64,000 nucleotides of DNA from Monocercomonoides exilis PA203 (taxonomy: Eukaryota; Protista; Preaxostyla), in NCBI GenBank assembly GCA_001643675.2, contig LSRY02000020.1, positions 620,001-684,000 on the forward strand, in the 5' to 3' direction. Below the pieces are notes generated by a model, which had not been told where the DNA came from, did no database searches, and was given only the letters and a program-made list of their open reading frames with translations. This document shows positions 14,501-25,372 of the stretch, in pieces (the stretch's first letter is position 1; each line of letters opens with the position of its first letter). The position numbers and the translations under genes were made by a program.

Positions 14501-17500
14501 CACAAGGGCCAGCAGGTACAGGAAAGACAGAAACAGTCAAGGATCTTTCAAGAGCACTTGGTATGTACTGCATCATTTTCAACTGCTCTGAAGGGTTGGA
14601 TCAAAACTCAATGGGAAGAATGTTCTCTGGGCTTGCACAGTGTGGTGCCTGGTCTTGCTTCGATGAGTTCAACAGAATTGATGTTGAAGTGCTTTCTGTT
14701 ATTGCTCAGCAGCTTCAGGAGATCTTGTCTGCGTTGGAAGCAGAAGTATCTACCTTCTCATTCGAAGGAAAAACAATTCCCATCAAAGAAAGCTGTGGTG
14801 TGTTTGTGACAATGAATCCTGGGTATGCTGGAAGAAGCGAACTTCCAGATAACTTGAAGGCCATTTTCCGTCCAGTTGCTATGATGGTGCCCGACAGCGC
14901 AATGATTGCAAGAATCCGTCTATATGCTGAAGGGTTCAAGGATTCTGCTAACTTGGCACAGAAAGTTGATACTTTGTATTCATTGTCAATGCAACAGCTG
15001 TCTCGCCAAAGCCATTACGATTGGGGTCTTCGTGCAATTAAATCAGTTCTTGTGACTGCTGGTACATATCATAGACAGTCACCTGATCAAGCTGAAGATG
15101 TTGTGCTATATCGTGCTTGTATGAACATGAACTTCCCCAAGCTGCTTGCGGACGATCTGCGCTTGTTCCAGCAATTGCTTGGCGATCTTTTCCCGAATGT
15201 GTCTTTGCCACCTCCATCCACAAACACACTTCTTGACAACATCATTGGAGCCATCAAAGAATCACCAGAGCATCACCAGATGCACAATGCACTGATTGCA
15301 AAGGTTATCCAACTGAGCGAAACAAAAGATATTCGTCATGGTGTCATGGTTGTTGGCTCGTCTGGTTCATACAAAACAACTGTGTGGAAGACACTGATGC
15401 GTGCAAAGAACAGAATGAACAGGTTGGGCTTGCCTATTGATCCTGTCAACGATCCAGAAACAATCTATCCAAAAGTCCATGCAGATATTCTCAATCCAAA
15501 GGCAGTTACAAACGATGAACTGTTTGGGTACTTTGATAAAACACCTGAATGGCACGATGGTATTGTGTCTAACCTTGTTATGAGGGCAGCGAACGACACA
15601 ACACCCGACGAGAAGTGGATTGTGTTTGATGGTCCAGTCGATACACTCTGGATTGAAAGTATGAACTCAGTGCTTGATGATTCTAAAGTCCTCACATTGA
15701 CCAACCAGGCCAGAATCACATTCCCACCACAGGTCTCCTTCTTGTTCGAAGTTGAAGATCTGACTGAAGCTTCGCCTGCTACTGTGTCTCGTTGCGGTAT
15801 CATCTACATGGATCTCACAGAGTTTGGCTGGCAGCCATTTATCCAGGCTTGGCTGATTGGCAAAGAAAGTGTGGAGAAGAATAAGCCAATGGTTGAAGTT
15901 CTGAGAAAGTCTATCGATAAGCATATGGCTAAAATCTTGAAAGTTAAGACTGAATCTTGCAAAGAACTGATCAAGACAACTGAGCTGAATGGTGTTCGCT
16001 CGTTTACACGTCTGTTTGATGCCTTAGCAACAAAGGAGAATGGCTTTGATTTGGACAATGCAGAATTCAATGTTACTCGATGCACTGAAATGATGTTTGC
16101 CTTCTGTCTTGTGTGGTCAATTGGTGCAACATTGGACGATACAAGCAGGAAGAACATGGATGAGTTCGTTCACATCATTGATCCATCCATTCCACCACAA
16201 GACACCGTCTACGAATACTGCTTTGATCTGGCAAAGATGAGCTGGATCAAATGGGAAGACAAGTTCCCCATTGCTAACTGGAAGCCTCCGATTGACTTGC
16301 CTTATCATAGGATCTTTGTGCCCACTGTTGACACACTGCGCCACGAGTACATCGTGAAAGCACTGACAAAGACAGCAGAAAACGTGCTGCTTGTTGGTAC
16401 AACTGGAACAGGAAAGAGCGCTCTTGCATCTTCCATCCTTTCTTCACTTCCAGAGAAGCAATGGATTCCGCTGACAATCAACTTCTCTGCACAGACACAA
16501 AGCAGCCAAGTGCAGGATGCCATTGAGTCTCGAACAGATAAAAGAGGAAAGAAATATTCTCCAATTGGAGGAAAGCGACTTATGGCATTCATTGACGATT
16601 TCAACATGCCAGCCCATGATGAGTATCATTCACAACCACCACTGGAGTTGCTGCGACAATGGATGGACTACTCTGGCTGGTACAACAGAAGAGACAAAGA
16701 GACATCATTCACACAGATTAACAACATGCAGCTCATGTGCGCAATGGGACCACCAGGAGGAGGGCGTAACACAATCAGCAACAGAACACTGAATCTTTTC
16801 AGCATCATCAACTTCATATTCCCTTCAGATGCTCAGATTAAACATATTTACACAGTTCTCCTTGAGCAGAAACTGAATGAATTAGACGACGAAGTTAAAG
16901 AGCTTACAGAGCCTCTGATTCAGGGCACATTGAATATTTACAAGCATGTTTGTGCCGATCTTCGTCCACTTCCCGCAAAATCGCACTATCTTTTCAATCT
17001 TCGTGACTTGAGCAGAGTGTTCCAAGGTATCCGTCGTGCGTCAAAGAACTTGATTGACAAGGATGGAATGATTCGTCTATGGGCACACGAATGCTTCCGT
17101 GTGTTCCACGATCGTCTTGTTGACGATGCAGACAGAGAATATTTCGCAGACCTTGTACAAAAGGAAGTCAACCAATCATTCAAATTGTCATGGAACAAAA
17201 TCGTACCAAAGGGAACACCACTCATTTTCTGCGAATTTCTCCATGAAAGAGCAATTCCTTTGTATGAAGAAGTCAAAACAATCCCTCAGTTGAAGGACGT
17301 ACTTACTGAAAAACTCAGCCAATACAACGAAACTGGATCCATCCAAATGCCACTTGTTCTTTTCAACGATGCCATGAGCCACTTGACTCGTATCTCTCGT
17401 ATCATCACACAGCCACTTGGAAATGCCATGCTTGTTGGTGTTGGAGGTTCTGGTAGAGAATCTCTTGCACGTCTTGCTGCTTTTGTGTCAGGATACGATG

Positions 17501-20500
17501 TGTTTAAGGTCGAAATCACAAGAAACTTCCGTTTGTCGCAGTTCAGAGATGCACTCAAAGACCTGTTCAGAAAGACTGGTCTGGAAAAAGCGCAGACCGT
17601 GTTCCTTCTACGAGACACACAAATTATGGAAGAGACGTTTTTGGAGGATGTGAACAACATTCTGACATCTGGCGAAGTGCCCAACTTGTTCCCACCTGAT
17701 GAGCTGGCGCAGATCCGAGATGCGATGAAAGAAGATGCCCGAAAGAAGAACATCGGAGAAACACCTGATCTTCTATATTCTCTCTTCATTCACACTGTGC
17801 GCGAGCATCTGCATGTGGTGCTCTGCATGTCACCTTTGCATGAGCAGTTCAGAAATAGACTGAGAATGTATCCAGGGCTGGTGAACTGCACAACAATCGA
17901 CTGGTTCTCTGACTGGCCGGAAGATGCACTTTTGGAGGTTGCACAGTTTACACTTGCTGGTGTGGCATTGACTCCGGAAGATGTTGCTGCTGCTGAGAAG
18001 GAAAAATCAGGCGATTCTTATGGAGGCACACTTGGAAGAGGAAGCAAAGGTCGTCTTTCTTCGTCTCCTTCAAAGGCAGCACTCGGAGCTTCTGCGTCGT
18101 CGTCAGCTCTTCCTCCACCGTCTCGTGGTGGAGACGGAACTGGAGAACAAGCTCCACCTGACATCAGATCCCAAATATGTTCGCTGTTTGTTCAGTGTCA
18201 TTCACTTTCAGTCAAAACAGCTCAAAGAATGATGATTTCTCTTGGAAGACAAGTGTTCATCACACCTACCTCTTTCAGAGAACTTTGTTCTTCATATAAG
18301 GCTGTGCTTACAGAAAAGAGAAATGTTATTGAATCCGCCGCACAAAAGCTCAGAAGTGGTTTGGGTGCATTGAAGACGACACGAAAGGAAGTGGAAGTTT
18401 TGAGAGTGAAGTTGGACGAGAGGAAACAGGAAGTTATGCTCAAGACAACCGAAGTCGAAGAGCTTATGATGCAACTGTTTGCGGATAGAAGAAACGCTGA
18501 AGAGCAGCAGAAGAAAGTGTCTGAGAAGAAAGCGCGTGTCATTGAGGAAGAAGCAGTTGCCAGAGCAGAACATGCACAAGCACAGAAAGAACTCGAAAAA
18601 GTGCTTCCTGGTTTAGAGAGAGCACAGGAATCGCTGAAAGCGCTTACAAACAGAGAGATTGCAGAAGTGAGAGCGTATACAACTCCGCCAGGCCCTGTGA
18701 TGACTGTCATGTCTGCTGTGATGATTCTTGTGAAGGCAGACACCAGCTGGGCAGAGGCAAAGAAGAAGCTGGGAGATCCTCATTTCATTCAGGATCTGTT
18801 GAACTTCAACAAAGAGAATCTTTCAGACAAGCAGATGAGAGCTGTGGAGAAATACGTGAAGTCACCTGGATTTAACTTTGAGACAGTGAAGACAATTTCT
18901 CAGGCTACTGCTTACCTTTGCGAATGGGTGTGCAACGTGTACAACTATAAGCTTACGTGGGATCAGGTCGCTCCAATTCAAGCAGAAGTGAAAGCGAAGA
19001 TGGCGCTTTTGGAGAAGAAGCAGCAAGATTTGAAGGAAAGTGAAGCTGCTTTGGTTGCATTGCAACAGAAAGTTGAGGCGCTGAACACATCCTACCTGGA
19101 GAAGACAAAAGAAATGGAAAATCTCAAAAATATTGTTGCAGAGTTAGAAGCTAAGCTGAGCCGTGCCAACATCCTTGTGAACGGACTGACTGGAGAGCGT
19201 GCTCGGTGGAAGGCTCAAGTGAAAGCATACGAGATCGACCTCACAAACCTTTTGGGAGATGTTCTGCTGACTGCATCGTTCCTGGCATATGCTGGTCCAT
19301 TCACATTTGAATTTCGTCAGGAGCTGGTGAAGAAGTGGAGCCAGGCGCTTAAGGCATCTGGCATTCCGTGCACACCTGACTTCTCCTTCGAGAACTTCCT
19401 GGCTGATTCGGCGACAGTGCGTAATTGGATTGCGCTGTATGGACTGCCAAACGATCCATTCTCCATTGCAAACGGATTGCTTGTCACACGTGGCAGGCGT
19501 TGGCCGCTGATGATTGATCCACAAGGGCAAGCTACGAAATGGGTGAAAGCATTGTTCAAAGAGAAAGACATGATTATTTTGACGCCAAACACACAGAACT
19601 ATGTCAGATTGATTGAGAATGCAATTAAGTTCGGTTTGCCTGTGCTGATGCAAGATGTGGGTGAATCACTTGATCCAGTGTTATCGCCAGTCATTGACAA
19701 AGCTATATTCAAGATTAGTGGGCAGGATTACATCAAGGTTGGAGACAACCCAGTTTTGTACAACGATAAATTCAGATTTATGATGAGCACAAAGTTGCCT
19801 AATCCAACATATTCACCAGAAATATCAACAAAAACAACGATTGTCAACTTTGCTGTGAAAGAGCAAGGTTTGGAGGAGCAGCTTTTAGGTATGATTGTGC
19901 AACAGGAAGCGCCAGAACTCGATAGACAGAAGAATGATTTGGTGATTGGAATTGCAAAGAACAAGATGGAAATGACAAACTTAGAAAACAAGATTCTTCA
20001 GCTGCTGTCTTCAATTGATCCCAGCAAGTCACTCATTGACGATGAGGAGATGATCTCAACACTTCAGACAAGTAAAGCAACAGCTGACAGGATTCAGACA
20101 TCAACCACAGAAATGGAAGAGACTAACGCAAAGATTGATCGGTCACGAGAAGCATATCGCCCAGCAGCACAGCGTGGCTCCATATTATTCTTTGTGATGG
20201 TTGACTTGGCGTCTGTTGACTCTATGTATCAATACTCACTTGAATCATACCTCTCCCGTTTCCACACTTCTCTTGTGCGTCTTTCGAAGGAGAAGAAAGC
20301 AACTGAAATTGCAGATCGTGTTTCTCTTTTGAACAACATTCATCTCGAGAACATTTATCGTTATGTTGTTCGTGGGCTGTTCGAAAAGCACAAGATCCTC
20401 TTCTCATTCCAGATGTGCATGAAGCTGCTTATTGCAGATCGCAAGGTTAACATGCAAGAGTACCAATTCTTCCTCCGTGGAGGAATCGTCATTGACAAAG

Positions 20501-22845
20501 AAATGCAGCCCAAGAATTCCATTGAATGGTTGCAGAATGAGTCAGAGAAATGGGACAACCTGACAGAACTCGAAAAACTCGACAACTTCCACAACATCAT
20601 CCAGTCATTCGACACAAACTCTCGCGAATGGAGAAGATGGTACCGCAGCCCAGAGCCCGAATCAACTCCTCTTCCAGGAGAGTGGGAATCCAAATGCAAC
20701 GAGCTTCAGCGTCTTATCATTGTGCGGTGCCTGCGCCCTGATCGAGTGCTTCCAGCGACAATTATGTTTGTCTCAGCTAAGCTTGGGCAACAATACACTC
20801 TTCCTCCTCCAAACGACCTGGGAGAGCTTGTGGACGACAACCCAGTCACGTCACCTATCATCTTTGTCCTTTCACCTGGTGTCGACCCAACAGCTCAGCT
20901 GAGAGACTTTGCACAGGAAAGAAAGCTGAACGTTGGGCAGCCTGTGCCTGGGCAAGGAAAGAACTTTGTTGTGATTGCATTGGGAAGAGGCCAATGGGAA
21001 GGAAAAGCCAAAGCAGCCATTGAAGAAGCTGTGCAGGTTGGTAACTGGGTGTTCCTAGCTAACTGTCATCTGGACATACCAAACATGGAGAATCTGGAGC
21101 GAATGATGTTTTCGTGGATGGAGAAAGGGAAGACACCTCACCGTAACTTCCGTCTGTGGCTTTCGTCTTCTCCACATCCAGGCTTCCCTATTGCTCTTCT
21201 GCAAAGCAGCGTCAAGATTACCACTGAGCCTCCACGTGGCATCAAAGCCAACATGCTCCGTCTCTACCAGAGCAAACTGAGGGACTTCGAGTCGAAGCCG
21301 CGTCCAGCGTATGAACTGAAGTACTGCTGTCTTGTGTTTACACTTGCTTTCTTCCACTCCGTTCTGTTGGAGCGTCGAAAGTTCCTCTCGCTCGGATTCA
21401 ACATTCCATACGACTTTAACGACTCTGACTTTGAAGTGTCCGAGAAGCTGATTGACAAATATTTGGAGCAATCGCCTGAAGCGACGCCTTGGGAGGCAAT
21501 CCGCTATCTGGTTGCTGAGGCAAACTATGGTGGAAGAATCACGGACTTCATGGATCGTCGCCTTGTAAACGTGTATGTGGCACAGCTGTTCAGGGATGAG
21601 GCGTTGATTCCCGGGCAGATGCCGCTGTGTTCTGTGCCTGGCTACTTCATTCCGAATGAGACAACACGTGAAGGCGTTGTCAACTTCATCCACACATTTG
21701 CTGATCACGACAAACCAGAAGTGTTTGGTCAGCATCCAAATGCTGATATATCATCTCAGATCCAGAGCACCAATGATCTGTTGAGCACAATACTCCGCTT
21801 GCAGCCTCGAAGCACGTCTGCAACACAGACACAGACACAAGTCTCTTCATCTGATTCGAGTGATTCTTCTTCTGCATCTTCATCTCAGTCTGCACAGCAA
21901 GAGGCCTCTGAATCACCACTGGCTGTGCTGGCAAAGGAAATCCTGGAGCGTGTTCCAGAAAGAGTGGGCAAATCCAACAGAACCGATGAGAACACTCCAT
22001 TGGGCACTGTTCTCGTGCACGAGACAGAGCGGTACAACATCATTCTCCGCTCTGTGCGTAGGTCGCTGGAGGATCTGGTGAAAGGGCTGTGTGGAGAAGT
22101 GGTGATGTCGAATGAGCTGGATCTGATTGCTGATGCACTTGAGCGCAATGTGGTGCCGCAGGTGTGGCAGAAAGGATATCCCAGTCTGAAGCCCCTGGGC
22201 AACTGGACACGCGACCTGCAGGCGAGGATAGAGCAGCTGACGAAGTGGGGCGAGACTGACAGGATGCCTCGCTCATTCTGGCTGGGTGGCCTTACATTCC
22301 CCACTGGTTTCCTGACAGCTGTGAAGCAGCAGTCGCTGAAGTTCATCTCAAAGTCCAATCCAGGTGTGTCTATTGATCGTGTTGGGTGGGAGTTTATTGC
22401 TACAAACATCATGACTGAGATGGAGATCTCAAAGCCACCACCGGAAGGAGGCATTTATGTGAAAGGGCTGTACTTGGAAGGAGCTGGATGGGATGTGCAG
22501 AAATCAACTCTGATAGAACCAGAGCCAATGCAGCTGAGCTGTGCGATGCCAATCATAGCGTTCGTACCAAGTGTGATTGGAGAGAAAAAGAAAGGCTCAT
22601 CATCATCATCTTCTTCTTCTTCTTCTTCTTCTTCTTCGACAGCAGCCACAAATCCAACCACAACTGGTGCAAATGCAGCAACTAAAGTTCCACAATACAT
22701 GTGCCCTTGCTATTATTATCCTGTGCGTACTGGAGAAAGAGAGAGGCCTAGTTACATGCTTGAGGTCGCTCTCAACACAGCAAATGCTAAACCTGATCAT
22801 TGGATAAAGCGTGGTACTGCTCTGCTCATGAACTTAGCTTCTTAA
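8526..22845 (+). CDS. DNAH2: Axonemal inner-arm dynein heavy chain, I1/f beta (DNAH2-type), 5 exons
   Basis: DHC_N1 tail motifs WPENVRKEF, IEGRTLLFIP, LETCLIHWTRQIKEV, GPLDEISFW. P-loops GPAGTGKT, GSSGSYKT, GTTGTGKS, GVGGSGRE. Also CFDEFNR, a stalk region and C-terminal HWIKRGTALL. Intron donors at 8715, 9353, 9684 and 10097. Exact start uncertain. Confidence 0.93.
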
Positions 22846-23032
22846 TCACAAATCACTTCAGCATTTCCAATTATTTCAATTATTTTAATTATTATACAAT
22901 TTTAGTGTTTTTCAGATAAACTATTTTTATCACTTATTTTGTTTTGTTTTATCAAAATAAAAGAAAAACAAATCTTTGTATTATTTATGAATGTGAAATG
23001 TCATATTTACAAATAATTTTTGAAACAATATA

Positions 23033-23110
23033 CAGTCTGTCCAAAAAAAATGTTGATCTGTCCAAAAAAAATGTAGATCATCCCTCAAAATAAAAAAAAG
23101 AGATATTCCC
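23033..23110. repeat. Left terminal inverted repeat
   Basis: Reverse complement of 25100..25178 except for one base in an A/T run. Contains TCTGTCCAAAAAAAATGT twice. Confidence 0.96.
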
Positions 23111-23803
23111 CACATCGCTTGTGGAAACTTTTGATTTTTATTAATTTGTGAATTTTCAATGAACAAATGAACTCTGAAGCAAAAATGGTACAATGGTGTG
23201 TTGTTTTTGCTATTTGAACATTATCTTTTTATTTGTTTTCATTTTGACAAGGAATTGTTTGGCAAATAGTTATTTGTTCAATAGAAAAGTATTTTATGTG
23301 TATATCTCTTTTTTAAACAAAAAAGTGACAGAATTTGACAAAGTGTGTATGTTTTGCTTCACAAGCTGAAAAGTTTACGTTTGTTTTTATATTTTGTCAC
23401 ATAATTTTTTTGATTTTCAATGCAACGACATATTTCTCAACAATCTAGCATGTTTGAAGAAAAGTTGTTGATGTATTGTTTGTGGTTGTATTTCATAAAG
23501 CTATTGTATTCATTTCAATGATCAACTCATTTAATAGAATTTGTTATTCTATTGGATAATGTGATTATCTTTTTTTGTAATAAAAAATAAAAAGATATTC
23601 TGTTTTAATTTGTTTTTGTTTTGTTAACAGAAGTGCCAAAAATATAATGAACGAACAAATAAAGAAATAACACAAGTGTTTTTTCAACTTTGTTTTTGAA
23701 ACAAAAAAAAAAAAAAAAATCATTGTAATTAGAAAGCGAATGTTTAGTTTAAAACTAAAAAAAAACTTGTGAAATGGTGAAAAAATTAAAAGAAAAATTT
23801 GAT

Positions 23804-25066
23804 TCACAGATCCTTCAAGGATACGACCTGCGGCCATATATTTGTTTCGATATCCATGATAGTTTTTCTGACTTCTCTGGCAGAAATTTCTTCAAAGGTT
23901 TTTGCCATTTCAGCGAAAAAGTGTGACTCCCCTTCCCACTTTAACGAATTTGATTCGACTCTTGCCTTCCAAATACCAAATATATTCTCGATTGGGTTCA
24001 AAATTGGAGAATATGCAGCGTTGAATAACACGACATGTCCGGCTTCTTTAATAAGACTGTCTGTGTTAATATGATGGATTGTTGCGTTGTCCATTACGAT
24101 CACAGACGATTTGTCATTTTTTATAGATAATAGAAAACGCTTAATATATGCTTCAAACACTTCATGGTCAACTGTTCCTCTAATAACTTCAGTGTAGCCC
24201 ATTCCTAACATGGATATAGATGTTATAGCTGTTATAGATTGAAAAAGTGGAGGTGGCGGAACCAACACTTTTTCTCCTTTTTCTGCCCAACCGTATTTCC
24301 TGATGCAACTGACGTTCCATGACGTCTCATCGATGTAGAAAATTAGCGCTCCATCTTTCTCGTATTGAAATAATTTTTCAATGAAATGAATTCTTTGTTT
24401 TTTATTTTCGTCGGTGTTTGCGTATGCTGGCCTGACAGTAATTCTCTTGAAAGAAAATATCGGGAACAAATCTGAATCATTGTTTTTTTCATGAAGCATA
24501 TTGTGTACAGTAGATTTTGAAATATGCAACCCAGTTGAAGAAAGCTCGTGTGAAATTGTTCGAAGGGTGGTTAATGGATTCTGTTTCATTTTCTGTCTAA
24601 TGAGATTCTTGTAACGATCATTGTTCACTATTTTTTTCCTTCCTTTTTGTTTTTCATTGTGAATAATATCTATTCCAATCTGCAGTTTTTGTAAATATCT
24701 GCTGGTGGTGATGTTTGTAAGTGTGCATTCATTCGCATACCAGCTTTCGGATTTGCTTCTTCCATAAATTCTGAATAAATCTGTAAGTTTTTTTCTTTTT
24801 TCGACAGTTGCTGGAGTGTATGGCCTTTTGCATTTTCCTTCCACCTGTGTATCCTTCTGCCTGAATTGTTCAATTTTTTTTTCTCTTTCTTCCTTTTCTT
24901 TCAAAGCTGCTCTCATTCTAATATTTTCATGCATCATTTCTTCAAAAGGATGTAAAAAATGTGTTGCCATATATTCAACTCTGTATTCAGAGATGTCTGG
25001 AACTTGGCTGCTCAATAACGTCCTTTTGTTTGGTGTTCTCGCATCCAGAAAGGAAATTGTTTGCAT
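23804..25066 (-). CDS. DDE transposase (IS630/Tc1-like), 420 aa
   Basis: HTH-like TLRTISHELSSTGLHISKSTVHNML. Catalytic motifs FYIDETSW, IVMDNATIH and YSPILNPIE. No stops or introns. Confidence 0.95.
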   Translation of the reverse strand: MQTISFLDARTPNKRTLLSSQVPDISEYRVEYMATHFLHPFEEMMHENIRMRAALKEKEEREKKIEQFRQKDTQVEGKCKRPYTPATVEKRKKLTDLFRIYGRSKSESWYANECTLTNITTSRYLQKLQIGIDIIHNEKQKGRKKIVNNDRYKNLIRQKMKQNPLTTLRTISHELSSTGLHISKSTVHNMLHEKNNDSDLFPIFSFKRITVRPAYANTDENKKQRIHFIEKLFQYEKDGALIFYIDETSWNVSCIRKYGWAEKGEKVLVPPPPLFQSITAITSISMLGMGYTEVIRGTVDHEVFEAYIKRFLLSIKNDKSSVIVMDNATIHHINTDSLIKEAGHVVLFNAAYSPILNPIENIFGIWKARVESNSLKWEGESHFFAEMAKTFEEISAREVRKTIMDIETNIWPQVVSLKDL

Positions 25067-25099
25067 TGAATTTTTCTTATAATTTCAGCTAGAGATTGT

Positions 25100-25178
25100 G
25101 GGAATATCTCTTTTTTTTTATTTTGAGGGATGATCTACATTTTTTTTGGACAGATCAACATTTTTTTTGGACAGACTG
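25100..25178. repeat. Right terminal inverted repeat
   Basis: GGGAATATCTC...GGACAGATCAACATTTTTTTTGGACAGACTG followed by TA. Confidence 0.96.
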
Positions 25179-25372
25179 TACAAATATCACTCAAATTGTA
25201 GGAATTCAAAGATATTACAAAGATACATGAAAGCATTTGAAGAGTTCTTTTAGGAGAAACTGCGCAATTACTTAATATTCGAGAATAATGCTTCAAATGA
25301 ATAGGAATAAATAATCATTTATTTATTATGGCAAAGCCCATAAAATACTAACAGAACAGAACTCGAAGGAAA

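Larger units (their letters stand above)
23033..25178 (-). mobile_element. Complete IS630/Tc1-mariner-type DNA transposon (about 2.15 kb)
   Basis: Near-perfect 78/79-bp TIRs beginning CAGTCTGTCCAAAAAAAATG, flanked by TA at 23031-23032 and 25179-25180. Encloses an intact DDE transposase. Confidence 0.96.

Noticed and set aside
23110-23803. Second gene or cargo inside the transposon
   Set aside because: Only short AT-rich ORFs. The transposase ends normally at 23804.
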